Below are positions 39,074-49,471 of a stretch of DNA of 64,000 nt, one piece after another; the first letter of the stretch is position 1, and each line of letters opens with the position of its first letter. Both the position numbers and the translations under genes were made by a program. The DNA comes from an uncultured candidate division Zixibacteria bacterium (GTDB taxonomy: Bacteria; Zixibacteria; MSB-5A5; GN15; FEB-12), in assembly GCA_963664195.1 (NCBI GenBank), contig OY760907.1, positions 1,248,001 through 1,312,000 on the forward strand, read 5' to 3'. Under the pieces are notes generated by a model. The model was not told the origin of the DNA, did no database searches, and saw only the letters and a list, made by a program, of their open reading frames with translations.

Positions 39074-40144
39074 TTACTTGTCCTCGACAGCCATAACTAC
39101 GCTTCTGCCTGCCGTCTCGTGAGCGGTTTTCTTCCGCGATCCCGGACGGTTGAACATGACCGCTCTCCGGTCAATTCCGTCCATGTGGTAGTACTCCTTC
39201 GGCATTCGCGAGAAGGCCGTAAGGAAATTATCGTTAGATAGCGGTGATTGCATGCAGTACTTCACGTAATGCTGCAAGTCTGGGTAACCGTCGAGATTCC
39301 CCAACGCCACGCCATAACGGGCCATGAAATTGCCCACCCGCTGAGGATCTGCCACTCTAAGCAACAGGAAATCAGCCGAGGTCATCCTGTTCTGAACACC
39401 CAACTTGGTCAAGCGCGAGGCCACGCGAAGCGACTCATCCTGTACCATTGCGAGACGCTGAGTGCGAGCATCCTCGCTGGCCAGGGTCAGGTTGATGATG
39501 CGAAGGCGTGTGGCGGTAAACCCGTTCGTTCCCAGCGCGTCGCCAAAAGAGGAGATCAGCCCCGGCGCTCCAACCAAAAATCCGGATTCATCCGCGTCTA
39601 TTCCGAATCCGGCGGTCAATGAACGCAAGACAATCACATTGGCATATCGCTCAAGCATCCCGATACCGGAGATACCGTAAAAATCAAACAGCTTCTCGTC
39701 GAGGATCAGGGCACCGTCCCCCGTCGCTTCGGCCAGACGCTCAATGTCTTTCGTGGAGTAATTCGAACCGGTCACCCAGTTTGGATTGGCCAAATATATG
39801 ACGTCGCTGGACGACGCTAGCATCTCTAACACGTCCTCAACGTGCCCGACAAACGGGGTGATACCAATCACTTCAGAGATCTCCATCTCTGCCCTGTCGG
39901 CGGCAAGCTGGATCTCCGGTGTGGCATGCCCGGCCACTATCAAGCGACCGCCCGGTTCGGAAACGTGTGTGAGGTACGCCGTGATAGTCTCCGTGAAGTC
40001 CGCGAACGGCAAAACCATGGAGGGTTCCACACCGAGATTCTCGGCCAGCGATACGGTCAAACTTTCTACACCCGATCGCGGAACAGTAGTTGAGCCTTTC
40101 ATAGGTGAATCCTTTCGCGTCACGTTAGTTGTCCCGATTTCCAT
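39074..40144 (-). CDS. HisC-like class I/II aminotransferase fold, apparently lacking the PLP lysine
   Basis: IYLANPNWVTG, LILDE, LRSLTAGFG in place of LRTFSKAYG. Confidence 0.7.
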   Translation of the reverse strand: MEIGTTNVTRKDSPMKGSTTVPRSGVESLTVSLAENLGVEPSMVLPFADFTETITAYLTHVSEPGGRLIVAGHATPEIQLAADRAEMEISEVIGITPFVGHVEDVLEMLASSSDVIYLANPNWVTGSNYSTKDIERLAEATGDGALILDEKLFDFYGISGIGMLERYANVIVLRSLTAGFGIDADESGFLVGAPGLISSFGDALGTNGFTATRLRIINLTLASEDARTQRLAMVQDESLRVASRLTKLGVQNRMTSADFLLLRVADPQRVGNFMARYGVALGNLDGYPDLQHYVKYCMQSPLSNDNFLTAFSRMPKEYYHMDGIDRRAVMFNRPGSRKKTAHETAGRSVVMAVEDK

Positions 40145-40345
40145 GTAATTACAGCCTCCTTCGAGACGGACCGTGTGAACGTCTGCAAACAAACCTCTCC
40201 CCCCTGGTCGCCAGGGTATTGTAGCCTGAGCAATGACACTTGTGTCCTGTTGTGCGGGGGACTCGGGGGGCTTGTTTGCGGTTTCTCACGATACCTGTCT
40301 TCCTTGATTTCGGTCCTGAGGCTTCCCTGCCTCATATTGTGCAAT

Positions 40346-40362
40346 TGCAAGGCCGGTGCCAA
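40346..40362 (-). promoter_or_regulatory. sigma54 promoter
   Basis: TTGGCACCGGCCTTGCA, consensus spacing. Confidence 0.8.
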
Positions 40363-40512
40363 GTCACACGGTAACCCGCAAACAAATAGCAAACCATTGT
40401 GAGACAATTCGTTAACGTGCGCTTCCGCACGAACGAAAAGGCGCAATTAAGGATAACGCGCTGACTCCGCGGCATTTTTTTCCGCGGATTCTGGAAAATA
40501 CTGCCGATGAAC

Positions 40513-40555
40513 AAAAAAGCGGCCGCCCGATGCCTGTGAGAAGCATCGGGCAGCC
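40513..40555 (-). terminator. intrinsic terminator after polysaccharide export gene
   Basis: GGCTGCCCGATGC...GCATCGGGCGGCC followed by T6. Confidence 0.75.
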
Positions 40556-40674
40556 TTAGGAAGGTGAGAAGAGAGAGATCTTCCTGGAGCTATCACTCCA
40601 CTGTTATTTTTCTACGTGTCACTTCGCACAACCAGACAAATCCGTGAGCCTGTCGAAGAACGCACCCTTCCTCA

Positions 40675-42993
40675 TCACAACCGGTCAATCAACAGAATGG
40701 TCGTCAATACGCCGGTGGTCGTCGTCAACACGTTCGTAACTGTCCGGCCCAGATTCCGTTGCTGCTTCACCTTGGTAGGCACTACAATCACGTCGCCGAT
40801 ATCCACCCGCTGCCCCGGGGTCCCGCCACCGGAGAATACTTCCCCGTTAGCCTTGATCAGGCGCAAGCCCTTTTTGTCGGCCGCATCGGTGAAATCGCCG
40901 GCCCGTTTGACGTAATCCTTCACTTTCTTGCCTTCGACGAATCCAAGGGTCCCGTTGGCACCAACCGCGCCCAGGACAGATATTCCGCTCGGCCGTGCGG
41001 GTACGTGGATCCGGTCACCCGGCTGCAATACCACGTTACCGAATTCACCTTTGGTGGCCAGCAGCAGCTCCATATCCAGAACGATGCGGTTCATGGACTG
41101 TGCATCATAATCCAGTAGCAACGTCCGCGTGAAATTCCCGAGCGAATCCTGCACCATCGGATTGGATTTCTTGAGAAGGCTTGGTATCTGCAACGCTTCC
41201 AGCTTGTCACCTATCGACTTCCGCTCCAGAATAGTGCCCTGGGGGAAAGCCATGTTGGACAGGCCGCCCGATCGGACTATCAGATCGTAGAGCGTTTCAT
41301 CCTGTCCGGCCAATACGTACTCACCGGGGAACAGCAGTTCTCCCTCAAGCGTCACTGTGCGGTGCAACTGCCAGAGCGGAATCTGCCTGATGTACACCCT
41401 GTCGTTGTCCTGCAGCGTAAGCGGAGAAGAGTCACGTTTGCCGAGATCATAGTCCTGTAACGTGACCACGCCTCTCTTGTCGTATCGTGCGATCTCCGCA
41501 CGCAGAGTAAACGCGCCACGAGTAAATGAACCGGCCAGAAAAATGAGATCCTCCACGGTCATGCTGTCATACAGCGGGTACTCTCCCGGTCGCTTCACTT
41601 TGCCGTCAATGAACACCATCCTATTGCGAGTGACATCTGAGATCGAGTACACGTGAAGCGAGTCGCCGTCCTGGAGCAGAATATCCCGCAAGGGGTCCTG
41701 ACCGACATGTTCCAGATCAACCGCGATAACTTCTGTGCTCCAGTCAGCATGTCTGCGGAACAGATTCGCCCGCTTGACGTAAACATCGTACGGCTGCAGC
41801 TTGGCACGCTCAACAAGATCGGATATGTGAGTCGTTTCATTGCGTTCATAATAACCGGGATGCTGTACCAATCCGTACACAGCCACCATGTTTCGTTTGG
41901 CCTCGAAGACAGAGAACACCGTCAGGCGATCGCCGTCGTTCAGCTCCAGATTATCAACGCTGTCAGGCTTGGAGACATTCAATTGGAGATCCCGCACCTG
42001 CCATTCGTCGCGACCGGCAATACGTTCGAGCATTACTCGATCGAGGTAGGCGTCTGGTTCGGAGCCGCCGGCCAGGGCCAGCAGATTAAGAGCAGTCTGC
42101 CCGTCTTTCACTTCATATATGGCTGGCCGACGAATCTTTCCTTTGATCGCCACCCTCGGACCGGCTACCGGAACGAAGATCGCGTCACCGGACTGAAGAC
42201 GGACATCTGAAGAATTGTCCCCCTCCAGAAGAAACTTGTACAGATCCACTTCGGCCACCGGTTTGCCGTTGCGCATCAGCTTGATGTCGCGCATCGAGCC
42301 GTTTTCACTGGGACCACCGGCCAGGAACAGGGCGTTATACAGGGAAGTCAGCGAGGATACCGTGTAGGCCCCGGGGCGATCCACCTCACCGGTAAGATAC
42401 ACACGGATGGACCGTATTTTCCCAAGCGAGACGCTCAATCCAAACTCTGAGTAGATCGTCTCAAACCGTTTGCGAAGCTGCGCGCGGAACTCGCCGAGCG
42501 TCTTCCCCCACACGACCATCTCGCCGACTTTCGGTACGAACATCTTGCCTTCGCGGTCAATCGTCAACACCAACTCCCGCTCGACCTGACCCCATAAGGA
42601 GATAATCAGATTGTCGCCGGGACCCAAAATGTAATCCGGAGACGAGGCAATATCATTTGGGGGGTTGACCTCGCGAGGACCCGAGAACAACTCGGTGCCA
42701 AACGGCGCCAGGTCCTCAAAACCGAGCGGACCGGTCCTTTCGGACGCTGTCGGCCGACGGGTCTCATCGACCGGCACGGCCACGTTCACGCTGGAATCAT
42801 AGATCGCAGGTGTCTGAAAATCACCCGTACGAGCAGACGGAACCACTCCGCCGGCATACTTGGACAGTAGTTCTTTCTTCTCCGCCTCACTCATCCCGGA
42901 TAGAGATTCAAGGTCTTGAGCCGCTACCAAGCGAAACCAGTTCAGGCTGATAAGAACAATAACAATCAGAATCAGGATCAATCGCTTTGACAT
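40675..42993 (-). CDS. SLBB-repeat polysaccharide export protein (Wza/KpsD-like)
   Basis: YILGPGDNL, repeated G.V.RPG.Y SLBB units. Confidence 0.92.
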   Translation of the reverse strand: MSKRLILILIVIVLISLNWFRLVAAQDLESLSGMSEAEKKELLSKYAGGVVPSARTGDFQTPAIYDSSVNVAVPVDETRRPTASERTGPLGFEDLAPFGTELFSGPREVNPPNDIASSPDYILGPGDNLIISLWGQVERELVLTIDREGKMFVPKVGEMVVWGKTLGEFRAQLRKRFETIYSEFGLSVSLGKIRSIRVYLTGEVDRPGAYTVSSLTSLYNALFLAGGPSENGSMRDIKLMRNGKPVAEVDLYKFLLEGDNSSDVRLQSGDAIFVPVAGPRVAIKGKIRRPAIYEVKDGQTALNLLALAGGSEPDAYLDRVMLERIAGRDEWQVRDLQLNVSKPDSVDNLELNDGDRLTVFSVFEAKRNMVAVYGLVQHPGYYERNETTHISDLVERAKLQPYDVYVKRANLFRRHADWSTEVIAVDLEHVGQDPLRDILLQDGDSLHVYSISDVTRNRMVFIDGKVKRPGEYPLYDSMTVEDLIFLAGSFTRGAFTLRAEIARYDKRGVVTLQDYDLGKRDSSPLTLQDNDRVYIRQIPLWQLHRTVTLEGELLFPGEYVLAGQDETLYDLIVRSGGLSNMAFPQGTILERKSIGDKLEALQIPSLLKKSNPMVQDSLGNFTRTLLLDYDAQSMNRIVLDMELLLATKGEFGNVVLQPGDRIHVPARPSGISVLGAVGANGTLGFVEGKKVKDYVKRAGDFTDAADKKGLRLIKANGEVFSGGGTPGQRVDIGDVIVVPTKVKQQRNLGRTVTNVLTTTTGVLTTILLIDRL

Positions 42994-43060
42994 TTTCACC
43001 TTCCTATGGCGAATGGCCATCTCTCACAAGGCCAGTTTTCAACCAATCACACCGGACTTA

Positions 43061-43077
43061 AGCAAGCCGAGTGCCAA
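43061..43077 (-). promoter_or_regulatory. sigma54 promoter
   Basis: TTGGCACTCGGCTTGCT, consensus spacing. Confidence 0.8.
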
Positions 43078-43444
43078 TTCTTCACGTCAACGCGTATCTT
43101 ATTGTCTTACTGCTAGTTATCTGTGCGATCCCGGGCCGCACACCTCCCCCTTGGCGGCCTTGCGCGAGAAAGGGCTTCCTTCTCGACAGGAATTGTTTTC
43201 CCTGTAACACCGCTCGCGTGGAATTTGTTGTCAACAATTGATAGTTGTGTGGCGTGAACCGGGGACGGGTCGTTAACTCGTTTCCCGGCAGCCTGTTCGA
43301 GTTTTGCGGAGTTTTTTTCGGCGCGTGGGGACCCGGGGACGATACCGCAAGTGAATGATCTTACGAGGGTAAAGGCTCTTTCTAACTGCTGTTATTTCAG
43401 GGGCTTATTGCGCCTGGGCCCTCTCAAAAAACAACGCCGTTTAC

Positions 43445-43473
43445 TTGACAACGCCTGGCAGTTGTTGTAACTT
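43445..43473 (+). promoter_or_regulatory. possible sigma70 promoter for the fadL-like operon
   Basis: TTGACA-17-TAACTT. Confidence 0.45.
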
Positions 43474-43624
43474 GCCAACCGATTTTTTGGATGAAGTGTG
43501 TGTGACAAACGTCAGTAAATATGAGAACTCGTGTGAAGGCCTGAGGACCCTCGGGCTTGTGTTGTTACAGACGTTTTTTGGACTTCGTTAGGTTGGGATA
43601 AAAGAATTCTTATCATAAGTAGAG

Positions 43625-45160
43625 ATGGAGAATAGGATGCGGAATGTAAGGCTTGCCACCTGTATTCTCCTGGCGCTTGCGCTGTGCAGTCCTGCGTTGT
43701 TTGCAAGTGGCTTTGAGAACTCAGGTCTCGGCACAACCGCCATGGGTATGGGTGGTGCGTTTCGGGCAGTCGCCAACGACTGGACCGCGGCATACTACAA
43801 CCCGGCCGGTTATGCTTTTGTACTGGATAATCAACTCGGTGCTAATCTCGGGCTGATGCACTACCGCGATGAAATCACGCCGGACTATGTTGCCCGTGAT
43901 GATTACGATAACGAATACGGCTGGGGAATAGTCAACGGACAGACTATCTATAATTTCCACCGGATTCTCAACAATCCGTCGGGCGGCTTTCTCGTCCGGA
44001 TGCCTTTCTGGGGCGAAACAGTGTTTGGCCTCTCGGCCTACCAACCCTTCGATCGCAGCATCGCCTGGAGATTGTACGATCCGGATGCGGCCAATTTCCG
44101 CTCGTACAACAGCGAGGCGGCCGACCTGATGCCGAAAGATCATTACAAGAATGACCTTGATGTCGTTGCGTTCCAGCTCAGCATGGCACGCGAGTTCAAT
44201 GACGGCAAACTGGCCCTCGGTATCGGCCTTCAGGTCCTCCGCGGAGATCTCTGGTACTCGAACCTGTACCTTCGTCAGAACCCGAGAACCGAACCGTCGG
44301 CCACCGGACTGGATCTCGATGGTCGTCCGTATGACCGCATTCCCGAGTTCACCAAGAACGTGGGGCGCGGTTGGGGCTTCGGCGTCCGTGCCGGTATGCT
44401 ATGGAAAGCTACGGAGAAACTCAACGTTGCTCTGACCGCTTACCTGCCGTTTGACATGACGATCAAAGGTGAGACGTACTACACGTTCATTATGCCGGAA
44501 CACCAGTCGCAGGGAATCGACCTCGCAAACGAGACTAATGAGGACAGGAAGTTCATGGAAGGCGGTTCGCGCCAGTTGGTGTCGGATTTCGAAGTCGACC
44601 TGCAGTTGCCAGCCTCATTCGGAGTCGGATTCGCTTATAGGCCGATGGAAAAGCTGACCGTGTCGCTCGACGCTGAGTACACGCTCTGGTCCAAGTTTAA
44701 GGGATTCGAATTCCTCTACTCCAATCATTCCGGTGTTCCGTATTACAAGGACGCAACTACTCTTGAGGTGATCAAGATAGAAGAGGAATGGTTCACGGCC
44801 GACCTTTCCAATCCCGTTGAATGGGATAACGCCGGCAAGGTCATGCTCGGCCTCCTGTACGACGCCAGCGAGACGATCACGCTGCTGGGCGGTGCCTCCA
44901 TGGATCAGTCGCCGGCCCGCAACTCCAGCGAATGGACACCGCAGCTTATCGATACCGGCAACAAGTTCGGTATCAACGGCGGTACCATCTTTCATATCAA
45001 CCGCTGGGATGTCGGTATTGTAACGAGTTACTACAGCCAGCCCGATGAAACGGTTGCGGAGCTCACAGACTTGAACAACGACGGCCTGTACGATAACGTC
45101 CCGGGTGATTACTCGGCCAGTTATTACGAAACTGTGCTGTCGTTTGGCTACCGGTTTTAG
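43625..45160 (+). CDS. FadL/OmpP1-family outer membrane transporter
   Basis: SGF...AMGMGGAF..AND.TAAYYNPAG hatch motif; C-terminal GYRF. Confidence 0.9.
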   Translation: MENRMRNVRLATCILLALALCSPALFASGFENSGLGTTAMGMGGAFRAVANDWTAAYYNPAGYAFVLDNQLGANLGLMHYRDEITPDYVARDDYDNEYGWGIVNGQTIYNFHRILNNPSGGFLVRMPFWGETVFGLSAYQPFDRSIAWRLYDPDAANFRSYNSEAADLMPKDHYKNDLDVVAFQLSMAREFNDGKLALGIGLQVLRGDLWYSNLYLRQNPRTEPSATGLDLDGRPYDRIPEFTKNVGRGWGFGVRAGMLWKATEKLNVALTAYLPFDMTIKGETYYTFIMPEHQSQGIDLANETNEDRKFMEGGSRQLVSDFEVDLQLPASFGVGFAYRPMEKLTVSLDAEYTLWSKFKGFEFLYSNHSGVPYYKDATTLEVIKIEEEWFTADLSNPVEWDNAGKVMLGLLYDASETITLLGGASMDQSPARNSSEWTPQLIDTGNKFGINGGTIFHINRWDVGIVTSYYSQPDETVAELTDLNNDGLYDNVPGDYSASYYETVLSFGYRF

Positions 45161-45171
45161 GAGGGCGAGTC

Positions 45172-46446
45172 ATGAAAAATACTTTTATACTGATTATACT
45201 GGCAATCGCCCTGATTGCTATGCTTGGCTGTGACGATCGCGGCACCGGCATTGAGAAGAATCCTCTGGGACAGATCAACTCAGGCATCGACGCCAATACC
45301 GACCACGTTTGGCATCCGCAACTCGGCTTCCAGTTGAGAAACCCGGAAGAACGATTCTTCGCCTCGGCCTTCATACCGGCAGAAGCATTCGCCGACCCCC
45401 CGCGACCAATACCGCTTCTGGTACTCTTGGCTCCAGAATACGGTGATCGACTTCATTTCTTCCGCGCCGGCCTCGAAGACATGGTCAGGGAAATGACGGC
45501 CTCCGGCGAAATCCAGCCGATGCTCATCTATTGCATGGCCGGCAACCGGACATTCGGCGGCTTCTTCTACGGCAACAGTGCCCCGGCGGGATTTTACGAT
45601 GACATTCTGTGCGATTCTCTGATCGACTTCCTGCAAAACGACCAGTACTTCGCGCTTGTTGATAACCCGTCCAAACGCGGTATTGGCGGCGTTGGACAGG
45701 GTGCTTACGGCGCCTTCCGTACCGTTTTGAAAAACCCCGGTCTGTTCTCTTCGATTTCCGTGGCCGACGGCCCCCTTGATTTCGACGGCCCGAACGGCAA
45801 CGACGGTTTGCAGCAACTGTTCCAGACTTGTCTGGACGAACAGCACGCATACTATGCCGCCACGGGTGATACTAGCCCCTTCGATTTCCATACCGATTTC
45901 GACAGCTCACTCACAATGCCGGTTTCACAGATGTTCATTGGCGGCGCCCTGGCATTCTCGCCGAACGACACCACTGTGTTTTTCGACCCTTACGTCAGCG
46001 TACTGGATCTGGCTATCGATTCGTCCTACCGGATCGCCGACGACGACTTGCCGGGCGGCGGCGATTCTACAACACTGGTTACGAGAATCGTCAACAACGC
46101 CAACCCGAGCCTGAACTTCGATTTCCACATGCCGTTCGACGCCGATGGTAACGTCTATCAGCCGATCTGGGATTTGTGGATGAGAAACAACCTGGAAGAC
46201 ATTCATACGGCTGTGGGAGGCACACCGCTCGCGGACATGAATATCTGGGTAGCTTCCAACCCAAACGCAAAATGGAATTACCATGAGCAGACCCAATCCT
46301 GGGTGACCTTCATGGTGAATCAGGGTTACTCGGTTGAAGAGTACGATTATTCGAGCTTCAATGACGACCCGATTACCGAAGATGAGTACTTGTACGACAT
46401 TCTCCGGGAGATGTTGATTTTCCACTCGGAGAACTTCGGCAACTAA
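45172..46446 (+). CDS. alpha/beta-hydrolase (esterase-like) lipoprotein, nucleophile Ser apparently absent
   Basis: Lipobox MLGC; RGIGGVGQGAYGA at the GxSxG position. Confidence 0.7.
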   Translation: MKNTFILIILAIALIAMLGCDDRGTGIEKNPLGQINSGIDANTDHVWHPQLGFQLRNPEERFFASAFIPAEAFADPPRPIPLLVLLAPEYGDRLHFFRAGLEDMVREMTASGEIQPMLIYCMAGNRTFGGFFYGNSAPAGFYDDILCDSLIDFLQNDQYFALVDNPSKRGIGGVGQGAYGAFRTVLKNPGLFSSISVADGPLDFDGPNGNDGLQQLFQTCLDEQHAYYAATGDTSPFDFHTDFDSSLTMPVSQMFIGGALAFSPNDTTVFFDPYVSVLDLAIDSSYRIADDDLPGGGDSTTLVTRIVNNANPSLNFDFHMPFDADGNVYQPIWDLWMRNNLEDIHTAVGGTPLADMNIWVASNPNAKWNYHEQTQSWVTFMVNQGYSVEEYDYSSFNDDPITEDEYLYDILREMLIFHSENFGN

Positions 46447-46466
46447 TCGCGCGTTATAAGACTGTG

Positions 46467-46500
46467 AAGCCCGGAGGAGTTTCTCTTCCGGGCTTTTTTT
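46467..46500 (+). terminator. intrinsic terminator
   Basis: AGCCCGGA...TCCGGGCT followed by T-run. Confidence 0.85.
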
Positions 46501-46521
46501 GAATCAAAAAGCGAAGGACCT

Positions 46522-47244
46522 ATGGACAACGACCAGCAGTACGACCTGATCTCGATTGGCGCCCACCCAGACGATGTCGAAGTTGGCACCGGCGGCGTGC
46601 TAATCGATCTAAAAGAACGCGGCTATCGCTGCGGCATAGTCATCCTTACCCAGGGCGAGATGGGCACCGGCGGCACCCCGGAGATTCGAGCGAGGGAAGT
46701 CAGAAACGCCGCCGACATCCTTGGCGCAGATATCCTCGCCCATTTTGACTGGGGTGACACCCGTCTCGAAGACAGCTACGACAGACGCCTGGCGATCGCC
46801 GAGGTGATTCGCAAGGCGCGTCCGCGGATCATCCTCGCGCCGTACCCCCATGTCGGCCACGGGCGACGGCAGTCTCATCCGGACCATGTTGCCTCCGGAG
46901 TAATCGCCATCAATGCCGCCAATCTCGCGGCTCTCAAGAAAGTTGATCTCCCCGGTGATCCCCATCTCGTGACCCGGATTTTCAACTACTTCCTCCCGCC
47001 CGGCGTCCAGCCGAATTTCATCGTTGATATCTCTGCACATTACGAGGGCTGGGTCAAAGCGCTGTCGGCACATCAATCACAATTCCTCAATCCGGAGAAG
47101 TCCAAGGACTATATCGAGCACCTGACTGCCATGGCGCGGTCATTCGGCATTCAGGCCCGATGCAAGTACGGACAGGGATTCCATGCTGTCGAGCCGGTTC
47201 TGGTCGGGGATATTATGACACTGGCGGAGCATGATCTTCACTGA
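46522..47244 (+). CDS. bshB1: bacillithiol biosynthesis deacetylase BshB1 (PIG-L family)
   Basis: GAHPDDVE, LTQGEMGT, HPDH, AHQSQF. Confidence 0.8.
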   Translation: MDNDQQYDLISIGAHPDDVEVGTGGVLIDLKERGYRCGIVILTQGEMGTGGTPEIRAREVRNAADILGADILAHFDWGDTRLEDSYDRRLAIAEVIRKARPRIILAPYPHVGHGRRQSHPDHVASGVIAINAANLAALKKVDLPGDPHLVTRIFNYFLPPGVQPNFIVDISAHYEGWVKALSAHQSQFLNPEKSKDYIEHLTAMARSFGIQARCKYGQGFHAVEPVLVGDIMTLAEHDLH

Positions 47245-47300
47245 GTGAAGTCAGCCCCGCCAGATGCGAGTCATATCCTGTCGTACGATAGCGTACTATT

Positions 47301-48461
47301 CTATCGAATAGCGTCGAATGCCTGCTTCAGGTCGGCAACCAGATCATCCGGGTGTTCGATCCCAACCGACAATCTGACCAACTGATCACGGACACCGTGT
47401 GCTTCGCGGATATCCTTCGGAATCGAGGCATGCGTCATACAGGCCGGGTGATTGATTAACGATTCCACCCCGCCAAGAGATTCTGCCAACACAAAAACCT
47501 TTGTCGAACAGGCGAACTTCTTGACCAGATCAAGGTCCCCCTTCAACTCAAACGACACCATTCCGCCCGGAAGCTTCATTCCGTTGGGCAACGGCTTGCC
47601 GTCGTGTCCGGGGAACATAATTCGCTCAACGAGTTCTTCCCCGGCAAGATAATCCACTACCGCCTGAGCGTTACTGGCATGGCGTTCCATTCTAAGATGC
47701 AGCGTTTTCATGCCGCGAAGCACCAGCCAGGAGTCAAACGGGCCGAGCACCGCTCCGACCGCATACTGGTTGAACCTGATCTTCTCGGCCAGGTCGGCGT
47801 CCTTGACCACCAACGCGCCGCCTATGACGTCACAATGTCCGCCCAGATACTTTGAGGCGGAGTGATGAACAATATCCGCACCCAGAGATAACGGCTGCTG
47901 GATGTACGGCGAGGCAAAGGTGTTATCTACGGCCACGAGGATATTGCGCTTTTTGGCAATTTTCACAATCGCTTCGATATCAGCCAACCTCAGCAACGGA
48001 TTGCTGGGTGTCTCGATCCAATACAGTTTTGTGTTCGCTTTGGTGGCGTTCTCGAAATTGGCCGGGTCGCGGCTGTCGACATAATCAAATTCCACGTTGA
48101 AATGCGATTTCTTGGTGTTCTCGAACAAACGGTGGCAGCCGCCGTACAGATCGCTGACTGCAACCACGTGATCGCCGGAATTGAGCAGGTTCAGCACCGC
48201 GTCCACAGCCGCCAGTCCGGAGGAGAAGAAACAGGCTTGAGTGCCGCCCTCAAGCGTTGCCAGACCCTTCTCAAGCGCGACGCGGGTCGGATTGGACCAG
48301 CGCGAGTAGACATGACCGGAATCATCCCCCGGCTCGGAGACGCGATAGGTAGTGCTGGGATAAATCGGAGTCGTTATTGAGTTGGCATCATCCTCCGGCA
48401 CCTGCCCGGAATGAATCGCCCTCGTCTCGAATCGTTTGTTTTTGAGTTCGTCGTCGTGCAT
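47301..48461 (-). CDS. cystathionine gamma-lyase/synthase family
   Basis: YSRWSNPT, ETPSNP, HSASKYLGGH, AESLGGVESL. Confidence 0.93.
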   Translation of the reverse strand: MHDDELKNKRFETRAIHSGQVPEDDANSITTPIYPSTTYRVSEPGDDSGHVYSRWSNPTRVALEKGLATLEGGTQACFFSSGLAAVDAVLNLLNSGDHVVAVSDLYGGCHRLFENTKKSHFNVEFDYVDSRDPANFENATKANTKLYWIETPSNPLLRLADIEAIVKIAKKRNILVAVDNTFASPYIQQPLSLGADIVHHSASKYLGGHCDVIGGALVVKDADLAEKIRFNQYAVGAVLGPFDSWLVLRGMKTLHLRMERHASNAQAVVDYLAGEELVERIMFPGHDGKPLPNGMKLPGGMVSFELKGDLDLVKKFACSTKVFVLAESLGGVESLINHPACMTHASIPKDIREAHGVRDQLVRLSVGIEHPDDLVADLKQAFDAIR

Positions 48462-48469
48462 GGTTGTTC

Positions 48470-49471
48470 CTATTTCAAGAAGCCCTTTTCCCGCATCCAG
48501 TCATCGTTGAAAACCTTGGACATGTACTTCAAACCGCCGTCCGGCAGAATCGCCACGACTACTTTGTCTTCGTCGAGGTCTTTGGCATACCGAAGTGCCG
48601 CCGAAACCGCGCCGCCGGATGAGCCACCGCCGAAAATGCCCTCTTTTTGCGTAAGCTCACGCGTGTATTTGAAACACTCCTCGTCGGATACCTGGATAAC
48701 TGTATCTATTACCGAGAGATCAATCGACGGACACAACAGGTCATCGCCGATCCCTTCCACCAGGTACGTGTGCGGTTCGATCTCGGTTCCATCTTTATGG
48801 AAATTGTAGTACACGGAGCCTTCCGGGTCCACCCCGACTATCTCAATCTCTGGATCCTTCTCTTTGAGAAACCGCGCCATTCCAGAGATTGTCCCCCCGG
48901 TGCCGATTCCACCAACCAGGGCGTGAAGCTTTCCGCCCGTCTGCTCCCACAACTCCGGGCCGGTAGTAGTGTAGTGCGCCTCGATATTGTTGGCGTTGAA
49001 GTACTGCCCCACCCAGTACGAGCCGGGATGTTCACGATGAAGTCGTTTGCCGGTCTCGTAGTAGCTGCTCGGATCCTCCGGCGGAACTGCGGTCGGACAT
49101 ATATGCACCTCGGCGCCGAAGGCCTTAAGCGTGTCAACCTTCTCGTTCGACATCTTGTCCGGGATCGTGAGAATGGCCTTGTACCCGTGAGCCGCGGCAA
49201 ACATTGCCACCGCCGCCCCCGTGTTTCCGGAAGTCGCCTCGACAATCGTCGCCCCCGGCTTGAGTTCGCCGCTCTTCTCAGCCTGCTTGAGAATATACAC
49301 CGCCATGCGGTCCTTGACCGAACCGGTCGGATTCATGAATTCCGGCTTGACCAGAATTGTCGCCTTGACACCATGCTCTCTCGGGAGCGTCTGGAGTTTC
49401 ACCAGAGGGATATCTCCCACGGCGTCCGTGATATCGTCGAGATAGAACTTGTCGCTGTTGTTGCTTGCCAT
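48470..49471 (-). CDS. cystathionine beta-synthase / cysteine synthase family
   Basis: NPTGSVKDR, TSGNTG, GTGGT, YLVEGIG; start at MASNNSDK. Confidence 0.93.
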   Translation of the reverse strand: MASNNSDKFYLDDITDAVGDIPLVKLQTLPREHGVKATILVKPEFMNPTGSVKDRMAVYILKQAEKSGELKPGATIVEATSGNTGAAVAMFAAAHGYKAILTIPDKMSNEKVDTLKAFGAEVHICPTAVPPEDPSSYYETGKRLHREHPGSYWVGQYFNANNIEAHYTTTGPELWEQTGGKLHALVGGIGTGGTISGMARFLKEKDPEIEIVGVDPEGSVYYNFHKDGTEIEPHTYLVEGIGDDLLCPSIDLSVIDTVIQVSDEECFKYTRELTQKEGIFGGGSSGGAVSAALRYAKDLDEDKVVVAILPDGGLKYMSKVFNDDWMREKGFLK

